Shown: positions 1 through 11,797 of the stretch, in pieces
Position numbering within the stretch: position 1 is the stretch's first letter
How the letters are laid out: every line of letters begins with the position of its first letter
Assembly: GCA_965279375.1 (NCBI GenBank)
Contig: OZ257156.1
Location: 3,904,001-3,968,000, forward strand
Reading direction: 5' to 3'
Length of the DNA stretch: 64,000 nt
Source of the DNA: Gemmatimonas sp.
Lineage (GTDB): Bacteria; Gemmatimonadota; Gemmatimonadetes; Gemmatimonadales; Gemmatimonadaceae
Made by a program: the position numbers and the translations under genes
Notes under the pieces: generated by a model
Databases searched by the model: none
What the model saw: the letters and a program-made list of their open reading frames with translations, nothing else
What the model was told of the DNA's origin: nothing

Positions 1-784
1 AGTCTTCGACATCGGCCTCCGACTCGCCCGGCTCATATGGCACGGCGAGTCCGCCGCCGACGTCCATGAACTCCAACTCGTGCCCCTGCGCGCGCACGGT
101 CTCGATCAACGTGAGCAAGCGAGGCAAGGCATCGCGAATCGGGTCGGCGTTGCTTATCTGCGACCCGAGATGCATGCCGAGTCCCTTGAGCTGCACATGC
201 GGCAGCTCGAGCACCAGTGATGCGACACGTTCGACGTCATCGCGCGGGATGCCGAACTTCTGCCCCTTCTCACCTGTCTTGATGTACGCATGCGGCGTCT
301 CGACGGTGACCTCGGGATTGACCCGAATGGCAATCGACGCAATCACGTCCAATCGCGCGGCGACGTGCTCGATCGCGAACAGCTCCGCCTCGGACTCCAC
401 GTTGATCAGCTGCACGCGTTCTTGCAGTGCCTGCTCGATCTCCAGCATCGTTTTGCCAACACCGCTGAAAACCACATCGCGCCCAACGAAGCCGGCTTCA
501 CGCGCGCGATACAGTTCACCACCGGAGACGATGTCCACACCCGCCCCAAGCTCCTGCAGCAACCGCAGCACCGAGAGATTGGAATTCGCCTTCATGGCGA
601 AATGCACGTGATGCGGCACCGACGCGAACGCGCGCGACAACCGCTCGAAGCGCGCGCGAATGGTGTTGGCGCTGTACACGTAGCACGGCGTTCCCACCGC
701 CGCTGCAATGTCGGCCAGTGCGACCCCCTCGGCGCGCACCGATCCATCAACGCGAGCGAACGCACTCTCCAGCGCGGATGCCAC
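1..784 (-). CDS. lysA: Diaminopimelate decarboxylase (3' part runs off the window)
   Basis: Minus-strand frame from GTG at 784 reads GTPCYVYS, FAMKAN, HAYIKTGEKGQKFG, GMHLGSQI, FMDVGGG, typical of the fold-III PLP decarboxylase LysA; it lies just after the proS stop. Confidence 0.9.
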   Translation of the reverse strand, partial: MASALESAFARVDGSVRAEGVALADIAAAVGTPCYVYSANTIRARFERLSRAFASVPHHVHFAMKANSNLSVLRLLQELGAGVDIVSGGELYRAREAGFVGRDVVFSGVGKTMLEIEQALQERVQLINVESEAELFAIEHVAARLDVIASIAIRVNPEVTVETPHAYIKTGEKGQKFGIPRDDVERVASLVLELPHVQLKGLGMHLGSQISNADPIRDALPRLLTLIETVRAQGHELEFMDVGGGLAVPYEPGESEADVED

Positions 785-786
785 GG

Positions 787-2256
787 TCAGTACGACCGCG
801 CCCAAAGGACTTCGTACTTGGCCGGTTCACCGGTGACCATGCAGGTCGTCGGCGCGACCGGCGAACGGAATTCCGGATCGGGGATGCAGCGAATCGTGGC
901 CTTGGTCTCTTCCTTCACCTTGGCCTCCACCGCGGGATCGCCATTCCAGCCCGCGTAGACGAACGCACCGTCCCCAGCCATGATCTCCTTGAACTTCTCG
1001 TACGAGATTGGCTCGCGAATGCTGTTGGCTTCGAGGCGCGCACGCGCTGCGGCCAGCATGTCCGCCTGAATCTGATCGAGCACGACTGGCAGTTCGGTGC
1101 GCAGCGCATCGATCGCGATCGAGCGCTTCTCACGCGTGTCGCGGCGCACCAACATGCCCGAGTTCGACGCGAGATCGCGCGGGCCGATCTCCATGCGCAG
1201 CGGAATGCCGCGCAGCTCCCAGTGGTAGTACTTGGCGCCTGGCTTCACGCCGATGCGGTCGTCGACGTGCAGGCGGAGACGCTCGTGATCCGGGCGCTTG
1301 AAGCTGCCCAAGTCCTCCTTGATGCGATGCGCCTCCGCGAACACGGCGGCACGCTCCTCGTCCGTCTTCCAGATCGGCACGATGACCATCTGAATCGGCG
1401 TCAGCTTTGGCGTGAGCCGCAAACCGGCGTCGTCGCCGTGCGTCATGACGAGACCACCAACCATGCGCGTCGAAACGCCCCAGCTCGTATTCCACGCGAA
1501 CGACTCGCTGCCCTGCTCGTTCTGGAACTTGAGATCGAACGCCTTCGCAAAATTCTGGCCGAGGTTGTGCGACGTGCCGGCCTGCAGGGCCTTGTTGTCC
1601 TGCATCATTGCTTCGCAGGAGTAGGTACGCAGCGCGCCAGCGAACTTCTCCGCGTCGGTCTTCTGACCCGTGATTACCGGCATCGCCATGTACTCTTCCA
1701 TGAACGTGCGGTAGACGCCCAACATCTTGCGCGTCTCGATCTCGGCTTCATCGTGCGTGGCGTGCGCGGTGTGCCCTTCCTGCCACAGGAATTCCATCGT
1801 GCGCAGGAACAGCCGCGTCCGCATTTCCCAGCGCACCACGTTCGCCCACTGGTTGTAGAGCAATGGCAAGTCGCGGTAGCTCTGTACCCACTTGGCGAAC
1901 ATCGAGTAGATGATCGTCTCCGACGTGGGGCGCACGACCAGCCGCTCTTCGAGCTGCTTGCCACCGCCCATCGTCACGACGGCACACTCGGGTGCAAATC
2001 CTTCCACGTGCTCCGCTTCCTTCGAGAGAAAGCTCTCGGGAATGAAGAGCGGGAAGTACGCGTTCACATGGCCGGTGGCCTTGAACATGTCGTCGAGCGC
2101 GCGCTGCATGCGCTCCCACACACCGTAGCCGTGCGGGCGAATGACCATGCAACCGCGGACCGGCGAGTAGTCCGCCAGCTCGGCGCGCAGCACGAGTTCG
2201 TTGTACCACTCGCTGAAGTTCTCGGCGCGAGTCGGAAGCTTCTTATCGTCAGACAT
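787..2256 (-). CDS. proS: Proline--tRNA ligase, archaeal/eukaryote-like type
   Basis: VRPTSET, QWANVVRWE, FLRTMEFLWQEGHT, QAGTSHNLGQNF and C-terminal ARSY; no INS editing domain. Confidence 0.97.
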   Translation of the reverse strand: MSDDKKLPTRAENFSEWYNELVLRAELADYSPVRGCMVIRPHGYGVWERMQRALDDMFKATGHVNAYFPLFIPESFLSKEAEHVEGFAPECAVVTMGGGKQLEERLVVRPTSETIIYSMFAKWVQSYRDLPLLYNQWANVVRWEMRTRLFLRTMEFLWQEGHTAHATHDEAEIETRKMLGVYRTFMEEYMAMPVITGQKTDAEKFAGALRTYSCEAMMQDNKALQAGTSHNLGQNFAKAFDLKFQNEQGSESFAWNTSWGVSTRMVGGLVMTHGDDAGLRLTPKLTPIQMVIVPIWKTDEERAAVFAEAHRIKEDLGSFKRPDHERLRLHVDDRIGVKPGAKYYHWELRGIPLRMEIGPRDLASNSGMLVRRDTREKRSIAIDALRTELPVVLDQIQADMLAAARARLEANSIREPISYEKFKEIMAGDGAFVYAGWNGDPAVEAKVKEETKATIRCIPDPEFRSPVAPTTCMVTGEPAKYEVLWARSY

Positions 2257-3550
2257 GAGCGTGTTGTTCCTGAAGAAACGCGGAAACGGACAGCGTGCGT
2301 TCGCTGCGGGGAGAGAGCGTGATCACGCGCGCGAGCAACTCGTCGGCGGGCATCGCCCCCGACTTCACCACCACAACCTGCGCCGCTCCGGCCTTCTCGG
2401 CGGCTTCCAGCTGCTTCTTGAACGACATCGGGCGGAAGGCATACTCCACCGAACAGCCCGTGTCGCGCAGCGCTTTCGACACAGACAACACGCGCGGCAC
2501 CGCCTTCGCATCGAGATCGGCCGCCATCACCCAGTAGTCGATCGAAGGCGCAGACGAGGGCATCAGTCCACGCTCTCGCAGGAACTCGCCAAGGACGACA
2601 TCACCCATGCCAAAGCCCAACGCTGGCAGGTCGGCGTCGCCGAGTGACTTGAGCAAGTTGTCGTAACGTCCGCCGCCGCAAATGGCGCGAAACTCGCCGC
2701 GCGCATCGAACAGTTCGAAGACGATGCCCGTGTAGTAAGCGAGGCCACGCACGATCGTGAGATCGAACTTGATCCACGACGCCGTACCGAGCGCCTCCGC
2801 GTGTGCCAGGTACTCGCCGAAGCGTGCAACGTGTTCCGCCACCGCCGGCGCCGAACCATAGCGAATGCGTACCGTCTCGAAGTCGAGCGTGCCGAGTCCG
2901 AGTACGGCGTCGACAGTCGCCGCGTCGAGGCCAGCGGAAACGAGCTTCTCGGCGGAGACGTCGCGCGGCTGACGATCGAGTTTGTCGAGCACCGCGTACA
3001 CCGCGCTCCACGCGTCTTCGGCAATCTCGAGATGCTGCAGCAGCCCGTTCAGCAACCGGCGATCGGACACACGCGCGCGCACGTCTTCGCTGGTCAAGCC
3101 GAGGCCGCGCATGATGTCGATCGCCACGGCCAGCAGCTCGGCGTCCGCCAGCACGTCCGCCTCACCAACGATGTCGACGTTGAGCTGGAAGTGCTCACGC
3201 AAGCGTCCCTTCTGCATGCGCTCGTAGCGGAACAGCTGTGGAATCGTGAACCAGCGCACTGGCTTGCGCAGCGCTTGCGCCTTCGCGCCCACCATGCGGG
3301 CGAACGTCGGCGTCATCTCCGGGCGCATGGCGACGGCGCGTCCGCCCTTGTCTTCGAAGTTGTAGAGCTGCGTGACGATCTCGTCGCCGCTCTTCTGCGT
3401 GTAGAGATCGAGTGGCTCGAGCGGCGGCCCATCGTACTCCAGAAATGCATAGCGCCGCACGACGCGGCGCCAGGTTTCGAAGATGTGGGCTCGCTCGGCG
3501 AACTGCTCCGGGTAGAAGTCGCGGAACCCCGGTAAAGGCTTCGGTGTCAT
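2249..3550 (-). CDS. hisS: Histidine--tRNA ligase
   Basis: RPEMTP, FRYERMQKGRLREHFQ, VRGLAYYTG, GGGRYD motifs. Confidence 0.97.
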   Translation of the reverse strand: MTPKPLPGFRDFYPEQFAERAHIFETWRRVVRRYAFLEYDGPPLEPLDLYTQKSGDEIVTQLYNFEDKGGRAVAMRPEMTPTFARMVGAKAQALRKPVRWFTIPQLFRYERMQKGRLREHFQLNVDIVGEADVLADAELLAVAIDIMRGLGLTSEDVRARVSDRRLLNGLLQHLEIAEDAWSAVYAVLDKLDRQPRDVSAEKLVSAGLDAATVDAVLGLGTLDFETVRIRYGSAPAVAEHVARFGEYLAHAEALGTASWIKFDLTIVRGLAYYTGIVFELFDARGEFRAICGGGRYDNLLKSLGDADLPALGFGMGDVVLGEFLRERGLMPSSAPSIDYWVMAADLDAKAVPRVLSVSKALRDTGCSVEYAFRPMSFKKQLEAAEKAGAAQVVVVKSGAMPADELLARVITLSPRSERTLSVSAFLQEQHAHV

Positions 3551-3559
3551 CGAGGAAAG

Positions 3560-4882
3560 CTACCGGGCGAGAGGATCGACCTGCAAGCGTTCCATCGCAT
3601 CGCCCACGGTATGAAAAGAGCCGGTCACGAGGATCGTCGCGCCGTGCGACTGCGCCTCCTGAAGCGCCTCGTCGAAGTCATCACGCCGAACGACCGGCAG
3701 CTCCTGATCCTCGCCCCATGCGGCCACCTCGTCGAGAGACCACGCGCGACTCTCGGGAGCGGTCGGCGCCATCGTCAGAATCACGCGATCGGCCACACGT
3801 GACACCGCGCGCAGGATGCCGCGCCAGTCCTTGTCGCGCAGCACGCACAGCACCGCCACGACCGGCTTGGGCACACCGATTTCGCGAAGGTTGTCTGCGA
3901 CGGTCGCGGCGCCGTCCGGATTGTGGGCCACGTCGAACAGCCATGGCCCCCATCGATGAAAGCGTCCGGCCAGTCGCACGCCGCCCAGCAGGGTGTCTGC
4001 CTGATCGGCAATGGCGGCCCAGCGCGGCCCAGCGCCGCGTAGCATCGCCAACGCCACCGACGCGTTGTGCGCCTGAAACGCCCCCACAAGCGGCGTCAAC
4101 AGCGCACGGCTACTCGTGCCCTCGCGCAGAGTGAAGCGCGTACCCGCCCCGTCCACACGTACATCGGACACGTCCCAGTCGCGTCCGGTGACCAGAATGG
4201 GCGATGCTCCAACCGATTCGGCGCGACTCTGCAGTAGATCACGAATCTCCGGCCGCGTGTCACCCACGATCGCCGCCACGCCAGCCTTGAAGATCCCCGC
4301 CTTCTCGCCGGCGATTTCCGCGAGGGAATCCCCGAGATACTCCGTGTGGTCGAAGCCGATCTGCGTCACGGCCGCGGCCACCGGATGGACGAGATTTGTC
4401 GCGTCGAGACGACCGCCAAGGCCGACTTCCACGATGGCGACATCCACCTGCATCGCCGCGAAGTGCGCGAACGCCATTGCCGTGGTGGACTCGAAGAAGG
4501 TCGCGCCCAGCCGCGACAGCTCCGGCTCCCACTCGGTCAACCACGCGGCGATCGCCCCGTGCGACATGGGGACGCCGTTGACCACCACGCGCTCCGCGAA
4601 GTCCACCAGATGCGGCGAGGTATAGCGACCCACGCGGAGCCCGGCGCCGCGCAGCAGCGCATCGAGTGTCGCCACGGTACTGCCCTTTCCGTTCGTGCCG
4701 GCGACATGAAAGACCGGATAGGCGCGATGCGGGTTGCCAAGCAACCCTAGCAGTTCACGCACCCGATCCAGCCCCAATCGCCACGCCCCGCCGGTTCGCG
4801 CGAAGAGCCGCCGCAACGCGTCGCGGTAGGCCTCTTCTTCGGGCGTGAGCGCTGGTCCCGCCAAGATCGGCGGGGGCGCCAA
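3560..4882 (-). CDS. folC: Folylpolyglutamate synthase/dihydrofolate synthase
   Basis: HVAGTNGKGS, YTSPHL, EVGLGGRLDATN, DVAHN, GSFHTVG; TTG start uncertain. Confidence 0.95.
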   Translation of the reverse strand: MAPPPILAGPALTPEEEAYRDALRRLFARTGGAWRLGLDRVRELLGLLGNPHRAYPVFHVAGTNGKGSTVATLDALLRGAGLRVGRYTSPHLVDFAERVVVNGVPMSHGAIAAWLTEWEPELSRLGATFFESTTAMAFAHFAAMQVDVAIVEVGLGGRLDATNLVHPVAAAVTQIGFDHTEYLGDSLAEIAGEKAGIFKAGVAAIVGDTRPEIRDLLQSRAESVGASPILVTGRDWDVSDVRVDGAGTRFTLREGTSSRALLTPLVGAFQAHNASVALAMLRGAGPRWAAIADQADTLLGGVRLAGRFHRWGPWLFDVAHNPDGAATVADNLREIGVPKPVVAVLCVLRDKDWRGILRAVSRVADRVILTMAPTAPESRAWSLDEVAAWGEDQELPVVRRDDFDEALQEAQSHGATILVTGSFHTVGDAMERLQVDPLAR

Positions 4883-4893
4883 GGGGTGCGTGG

Positions 4894-5760
<867 letters not shown>

Positions 5761-5898
5761 AGACCATGTAAGATCGACGCTCTGGGTGACCAAGGCTAGA
5801 CCTTGCGCCGATGAGCGTTACACGCTCAGCACCTTCGGCGGTCGGGCCGAAAACAGGCCGAATCGAGCGGCGACTCGACCCTACGCCGTGTGAAGGGA

Positions 5899-7155
5899 CT
5901 ACAGGCCCAGTGCGTCAGCCTGTCCGCGACCTTCTGCGGAGATGCGCAACAAGACGCCAACGGCTAACCAACTCACCAGCAGGAACGAGCCGCCATAGCT
6001 GAAGAATGGAAGCGGAATGCCGGTGACGGGCATGAGATTGAGTGTCATGCCGATGTTCACGATCACGTGCACGAACCAGGCGGATACCACGCCAAAGGCG
6101 ACGAGACTCGGGAACGCATCGTTGGCGCGCGTCGCCACTCGGGTGCTTCGGAGGAAGAGCGCGAGAAAAAGGGACAGCGCGATCGAGACGCCGATGAACC
6201 CCAGTTCTTCGCCGACCACGGAGAAAATGAAGTCGGTCTCACGGGCCGGCAGGAACTGTCCGCGCTTCTGGCTGCCGAGAGTGAAGCCCTTGCCGAAGAG
6301 ACCACCCGATCCGATCGCAACCTTGGACTGCAGGATCTGATAGCCTGATGCGCGCGGGTCGGCGGACGGGTCGATGAAGACCAGCAGGCGACGTTGCTGA
6401 TACGGCTTGAGTTTGTCCCACAATAGCGGCGCCACGACGCCCATGGCGACGTTCGTGAGCAGCAGTACGACGCCTTCGCGCAGGTAGGTACGCGACCACA
6501 GCACGAGCGCGACGAGAATGAGAAACCACGCGCCCCAGATGCCGGTGCTGAATGCGAGAATGAGACTGATCCCCGGGCTCGCCAACATCACCAACAGCTG
6601 CCACGGCGTGCCCGACCAGTACAACATCGCGAAGCAAATCGCGATGAAGACGATGCCTGTTCCCAGGTCTGGCTGCGCCATGACGAGCAACCACGGAATG
6701 CCGACCACCACGAGCGGTCGCCACAAACCCAGCAGTGACTTGGGCACCTCACGCTGCGAGGCGAGGACGCGCGCCAGCATGAACGTTGTGGCGAGCTTGG
6801 CCAACTCCGCCGGTTGCCCGATGCGTCGTCCGCCAACGGTGATCCACCCCTTCACGCTGGCGGCGGTACCGGCACCCGTTCCCACGAACAGCACGAGCAC
6901 CAGCAGTGAGACGCTAAAGAGATAGAGCGGCCACGCGCTCCATTCGATCAGCCGCACGGAGCCGCGCATGACTGCCCAACACGCGATGAGCGCAAACCCG
7001 AACCACATCGCCTGACGCTGCCATAGTCCGACGATCTTGGACGGGATATCCGTTTGACCGGCGGAGAAGACCATGGAAATACCGAACGCTGACAGAACGA
7101 GCGCAATCAGCAGCAGCGGATAGTCGATGGTTTGGCGACGGATCGAGGTCGCCAT
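5899..7155 (-). CDS. rodA: SEDS peptidoglycan glycosyltransferase RodA
   Basis: QPAELAK, QPDLGT, TDFIF, GIPLPFFSYGGS; follows mrdA. Confidence 0.95.
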   Translation of the reverse strand: MATSIRRQTIDYPLLLIALVLSAFGISMVFSAGQTDIPSKIVGLWQRQAMWFGFALIACWAVMRGSVRLIEWSAWPLYLFSVSLLVLVLFVGTGAGTAASVKGWITVGGRRIGQPAELAKLATTFMLARVLASQREVPKSLLGLWRPLVVVGIPWLLVMAQPDLGTGIVFIAICFAMLYWSGTPWQLLVMLASPGISLILAFSTGIWGAWFLILVALVLWSRTYLREGVVLLLTNVAMGVVAPLLWDKLKPYQQRRLLVFIDPSADPRASGYQILQSKVAIGSGGLFGKGFTLGSQKRGQFLPARETDFIFSVVGEELGFIGVSIALSLFLALFLRSTRVATRANDAFPSLVAFGVVSAWFVHVIVNIGMTLNLMPVTGIPLPFFSYGGSFLLVSWLAVGVLLRISAEGRGQADALGL

Positions 7156-7156
7156 A

Positions 7157-8917
7157 CTACTCCACGATCTCCGACTTCATCGTGAGGCGCTGCTTGAGAT
7201 AGCGCTCCATGACCTTTGTCGCGATCTGCGCGGCGTGCGGACCGTGCAATCCTTCCTCCAAGAGCACCGCAACCACGATCTGTGGCTTGTCCGCCGGCGC
7301 GTAGCCAACGAACCACGCATTATCGGGGTGCGGCGGGTTCTGCGCCGTACCGGTCTTACCTGCGATCGTGAGACCCGCGATCTGCGCACTGGCCGCTGTT
7401 CCTCGCGTGACCACGTCGGCAAGCGCGAGCTTGAGCCCTTCCAGCTGCTCGTCGGTCAGGTTGAGGATCTGCTTCCTCTCGACCGTGTGCGAAACGATCT
7501 GCGGCTGAGGAGTCGAGCCATCGGTCGCGAGCGCGGAATAGAACTTGGCCATCGAGAGCGGTGTCTGCGCATTGTTGGCCTGTCCGATCGACAAACTCAA
7601 GACGACGGACGGATTCCACCCACGCGGACCATACTTGCGATCGAAATACTTCATGCTTTCGGGCCACGTCGGTCGCTTCTCGCCGGGCAAGTCGATGCCG
7701 GTGCTGTCGCGGAAGCCAAGTGCAACGCCGCCCGCGAGCAACTTCGCGAGCGAGATCTTGAGACCGAGCTGATAGAAATACACGTCACATGACTTGGCGA
7801 TCGCTTGCGCGAGCGTCACGTCTCCGTGCCCTCGGTGATCGTGACACTTGAATACACGACCATAGTAGAACGAACCCGTGCACGCCTGCGGCATGCGCGT
7901 ATCCATGGTCACAAGCCCGCGCTGCAGGCCCATGATTGCCGTAGCCAACTTGAAGGTGGACGCCGGCGCGTACTGCCCAACGAGCGTCCGGTTGAACAAC
8001 GGCTTGTTCGGGTCGTCCAGCAAGCTCTGATAGTACTTGACCGGTACGCCGCCGATGAAGCGATTGATGTCATACGTTGGCGCACTGTACATCGCACGAA
8101 TACCGCCGGTCTGCGGATCCATCGCCACCACGCCGCCGCGCAAGGAATCGCCGAAGTACTCGTGGATGAAGCGCTGCAGATCCAGGTCGAGATTCGTGCG
8201 CAGTGGCGGCGGCGCTTCCGGCTGCTCCTCGGCGCGCACACCGTTGTCACGCACGACGCGGTTACGCGCATCGACCTCCACAAAACGTCGCCCCTCGCGT
8301 CCGCGAAGCTGCTCCTCGTATTGCTGCTCCAGTCCGATTTTGCCGATCTGCTGGCCGGCCTTGTACCCATCGTACTTGGGCATCGCCAGCTGCGCTTCCG
8401 TGATCTCGCCCGTGTATCCCACCAGCGTCGCCATCGCGGCGCCGTCCGGATAGTACCGCTTGGGTGAACTCTGAATGATCAGCCCGGGAAACTCGACCCG
8501 ACGCTCCTCCAGCACCGAAACAACCTGGAAGGATGCGTCCGTGAAGATCACCGCCGGACGTTGCGGCGCACGCCGAAACCGACGCAGCGCCTCGCGCTGC
8601 TGCATCGAATCGATCGGCACGACCTTCGCCAACGTGACCAACGCATTGCGGAGCGAATCTTCCGTCGGGCTGATGATCGACACCGAGTAGCCCGGCAAAT
8701 TCTCCGCGATCACCTCGCCCTTGCGGTCGTAGATGATGCCGCGAGCGCCCGGCAGCGGCACCTCACGCAATCGGTTGTTCTCCGACTGCAGCGTGTACTC
8801 TGCGTTGCGGAGCACCTGTGTGCGAAAGAATGCGCCGCCCAGTGCGACGAACGACAGCACGAGAAAACCACGCGCGAGGCGCGCGCGTCGGAGCAGCTCA
8901 TTCGGATGAAAGCTCAT
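7157..8917 (-). CDS. mrdA: Penicillin-binding protein 2
   Basis: RGIIYDR, SxxK (STFK), SCD, KTGTAQ; mre operon context. Confidence 0.95.
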   Translation of the reverse strand: MSFHPNELLRRARLARGFLVLSFVALGGAFFRTQVLRNAEYTLQSENNRLREVPLPGARGIIYDRKGEVIAENLPGYSVSIISPTEDSLRNALVTLAKVVPIDSMQQREALRRFRRAPQRPAVIFTDASFQVVSVLEERRVEFPGLIIQSSPKRYYPDGAAMATLVGYTGEITEAQLAMPKYDGYKAGQQIGKIGLEQQYEEQLRGREGRRFVEVDARNRVVRDNGVRAEEQPEAPPPLRTNLDLDLQRFIHEYFGDSLRGGVVAMDPQTGGIRAMYSAPTYDINRFIGGVPVKYYQSLLDDPNKPLFNRTLVGQYAPASTFKLATAIMGLQRGLVTMDTRMPQACTGSFYYGRVFKCHDHRGHGDVTLAQAIAKSCDVYFYQLGLKISLAKLLAGGVALGFRDSTGIDLPGEKRPTWPESMKYFDRKYGPRGWNPSVVLSLSIGQANNAQTPLSMAKFYSALATDGSTPQPQIVSHTVERKQILNLTDEQLEGLKLALADVVTRGTAASAQIAGLTIAGKTGTAQNPPHPDNAWFVGYAPADKPQIVVAVLLEEGLHGPHAAQIATKVMERYLKQRLTMKSEIVE

Positions 8918-8938
8918 CGCGAATCCTCCCTCGTCTGC

Positions 8939-9448
8939 CTAGAACGCCTGTGGCCGATACAACGGACGGAACGCGGTCAGCAGGATCACCGCGACCAGCG
9001 CCGTCAGCGCCGCGGACAACGGCGACCAGAGCAAGATCTGCAACATCAGATCCACGCCGCGAGCACCGCCACTCACCAGCAACACGCCCACATCGAACAG
9101 CCACTTCCCCACGAAGACGAACAAGCCCGTCAGTGCCACATGCTCGGCGAAGAACACTGCCTTGGTCCACGACGCAGCGAAGGCCACGCACGTCATCACC
9201 AACGCCGAACTTCCGAACGATGCGGGCACGAGTGCATCGAGCGCGAGCCCCGCGACAAACCCCAACAGGGCGGCAACGCCCGGACGCACGCGTACCGCCG
9301 CGAACAACACCGCGATGACCAGGAAGTCTACGTTCGCGCGCGCGCCAAACAACGGGCGCACGCCGAAGTGCGCCGCGGCGAGCAAGGCGAAGCCAAGCCA
9401 TGCACGAAACGCCGACGCTGGCCCCGGCTGCGCTGGAGGGCCTCTCAT
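8939..9448 (-). CDS. mreD: Rod shape-determining protein MreD
   Basis: Hydrophobic 169 aa with GFVAGLALD motif, between mreC and mrdA. Confidence 0.85.
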   Translation of the reverse strand: MRGPPAQPGPASAFRAWLGFALLAAAHFGVRPLFGARANVDFLVIAVLFAAVRVRPGVAALLGFVAGLALDALVPASFGSSALVMTCVAFAASWTKAVFFAEHVALTGLFVFVGKWLFDVGVLLVSGGARGVDLMLQILLWSPLSAALTALVAVILLTAFRPLYRPQAF

Positions 9449-10617
9449 CGCGGATCCTGAGGCGGCGGTCCGGTGCGCGCAGGCGTGGCCGGCGGCACGG
9501 TGGGCGGGCGTCGTACGGTGTCAGTCCGCGGCAGGCGCGCGCGACGCAAACTATCCGCGCGGAGACTGTCTGCACGCGTACGCAACACGGGGTTAACCGC
9601 TGGCGGCGCACCAGGCGCTGGGGTCGCGGCAGGTGGAGCGACGACACCGCTGTCACCAGGGGGAGCGATCGCCGCCGCAGAGTCGAGTGCCGCACGACGT
9701 GCCGACAACTCGTCGAGTGCTGCCTTGCGCGCGAGGGAATCACCCGCCGCAGCGATTGCCCGCGCCGCACTGTCAGCCGACGTCACGGTGGCCCACACGC
9801 CGTTCACGCCGCGCTGCGCACGCGACTGCAGCAACACCAACACCGGACCGATCGCCGCCGGCAAGACCGCCGGCTTCACGAGATATGTCCGCGCCCACTT
9901 TTCGGGCGTCGCAATTTCACCGAGCACGGTGCCGACGGGGATGCCGCGCGGATACGTCGCGCCCAACCCCGAACTCACAATCACGGTACCGGTATCGAGC
10001 TTGGCTCGAAACGGCACACCGCGCAGTTCGAGCAACCAACGTTCGGCGCCAGTACCCAAATGCGGTTGCACGATGCCGAACGCGCTCTCGTCCACGCTCA
10101 TCGCACTCACGCGAAAGTCGGGATGTGCCCACGTGATCACGAAGCTCGTGGTGGCGTCGGCAATCTGCACCATACCCACGAGACCGTCTGCCATGACCAC
10201 AGGCGAGAACGCTTGCACGCCCGCCGCCGTCCCCGCGTTCAACGTCAATGTGAAGTCATCATCCACGCCGCGCGACGGAATGATCTCGGCGGCCACGAAG
10301 CCGTCCTGCAAACGCGCCGAGAGTCCGAGCAAGCGGCGCAACGTCGCGTTCTCCGCAGCGACCGATGGCGCCGTGAGCGCTTGTGTCGCCACCTGACCGC
10401 GAACGTTCAGCAGGTCATTGCGTGAAACGATGGCAGCGCGGATCGATGCGGCGCGACCTTCGAGCAACACGAATGGCGAGAGCACCGTGGCCCGCAACGC
10501 ACTCGACACGGAGTCGCGCATGCGGCGCGGCATGACGAGCGCGAACACGGACAACGCGACACAGGCCACGACGAGGCCGGTGTCCAGTCGTCCTCCCCCG
10601 CGAACGCTGCGAGCCAC
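9445..10617 (-). CDS. mreC: Rod shape-determining protein MreC with long Ala/Pro-rich C-terminal tail
   Basis: N-terminal TM, ENATLRRLL, GLVG, SSGLGATYPRGIPVG. Confidence 0.92.
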   Translation of the reverse strand: MARSVRGGGRLDTGLVVACVALSVFALVMPRRMRDSVSSALRATVLSPFVLLEGRAASIRAAIVSRNDLLNVRGQVATQALTAPSVAAENATLRRLLGLSARLQDGFVAAEIIPSRGVDDDFTLTLNAGTAAGVQAFSPVVMADGLVGMVQIADATTSFVITWAHPDFRVSAMSVDESAFGIVQPHLGTGAERWLLELRGVPFRAKLDTGTVIVSSGLGATYPRGIPVGTVLGEIATPEKWARTYLVKPAVLPAAIGPVLVLLQSRAQRGVNGVWATVTSADSAARAIAAAGDSLARKAALDELSARRAALDSAAAIAPPGDSGVVAPPAATPAPGAPPAVNPVLRTRADSLRADSLRRARLPRTDTVRRPPTVPPATPARTGPPPQDPR

Positions 10618-10624
10618 AGCGCCG

Positions 10625-11662
10625 TCAGGTCGTGAGTACTGACCAGTACTTCTCTTCGTCGTCGAGGATCTTGCCCGTGCCGCGCACCACGCACGTGAGC
10701 GGATCCTCGTCGACGTGAATCGGCAAACCCGTTTCCTGACTCAGCAGCACGTCGAGTCCGCGAATGAGCGCGCCGCCACCCGTCATCACGATACCGCGAT
10801 CGACGATGTCCGACGCCAATTCCGGCGGCGTGATTTCGAGCGCGCGACGCACGGCGTCGACGATCTGCTGAATGGGCTCCTGCACCGCTTCGCGAATTTC
10901 ACTCGAGTGCACGCGCACCGTCTTGGGGATGCCCGACACGAGATCGCGTCCCTTCACTTCCATCTCGCGTTCATCGCCAACAGGGAATGCAGATCCGATC
11001 TGAATCTTGATCTGCTCTGCCGTCGGTTCGCCGATGAGCAAGTTGTAGTTCTTGCGCATGAACTGCACGATGCTCACATCAAGCTCGTCGCCGCCGGTGC
11101 GAATCGACGTATCGCTCACGATACCCGAGAGTGCGATGACCGCGATCTCGGTTGTGCCGCCACCGATGTCGATCACCATGTTGCCTGTAGGCGATTCGAC
11201 CGGGAGACCAACACCGATTGCCGCGGCCATGGGTTCGGTCACCATGAACACTTCCTTCGCCCCCGCGCCTAACGCAGAGTCGCGCACGGCGCGCTTCTCG
11301 ACTTCGGTGATGCCCGACGGCACGCACACGATCACGCGCGGCTTCACCTTGAACACATGCTTGTCGATGACGAGCGTCAGGAAGTAGCGCAGCATCTTCT
11401 CCGTGACGTCGAAGTCGGCGATCACGCCGTCCTTCATGGGCCGCACCGCCATGATGCCATCGGGGGTGCGGCCAAGCATGCGCTTTGCCTCCAAGCCCAC
11501 GCCGCGGATCTTCTTCGTCTCGCGATCCAGCGCGACTACGGACGGCTCATTGAGTACGATGCCCTCCCCCTTCACGTAGATCAGGGTGTTGGCAGTACCA
11601 AGGTCCACCGCGATCGCGTTGGCCGGAAAAAACGAATTCGCCTTCTTGAAGGGCCAGAACAT
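10625..11662 (-). CDS. mreB: Actin-like MreB
   Basis: [25 protein letters not shown]. Confidence 0.98.
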   Translation of the reverse strand: MFWPFKKANSFFPANAIAVDLGTANTLIYVKGEGIVLNEPSVVALDRETKKIRGVGLEAKRMLGRTPDGIMAVRPMKDGVIADFDVTEKMLRYFLTLVIDKHVFKVKPRVIVCVPSGITEVEKRAVRDSALGAGAKEVFMVTEPMAAAIGVGLPVESPTGNMVIDIGGGTTEIAVIALSGIVSDTSIRTGGDELDVSIVQFMRKNYNLLIGEPTAEQIKIQIGSAFPVGDEREMEVKGRDLVSGIPKTVRVHSSEIREAVQEPIQQIVDAVRRALEITPPELASDIVDRGIVMTGGGALIRGLDVLLSQETGLPIHVDEDPLTCVVRGTGKILDDEEKYWSVLTT

Positions 11663-11727
11663 CCGAAAGTGTGCTCGACGGCGCGATGCGCCAGAGAAAG
11701 ACGGCAATAAGTGCAACGGCGAACGGT

Positions 11728-11756
11728 AAGGTATCGGTGGAGACTACCCCGAACAA
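11728..11756 (-). promoter_or_regulatory. Putative sigma70 promoter of the mre operon
   Basis: Minus strand TTGTTC-N17-TACCTT upstream of mreB. Confidence 0.5.
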
Positions 11757-11797
11757 GCCATTGCGATACCGTCACCTAGCGCATCGCGACCGACACC

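Noticed and set aside
787..2256. Archaeal/eukaryote-type ProRS as a recent horizontal transfer
   Set aside because: This type is normal in many bacterial phyla and sits in a core operon
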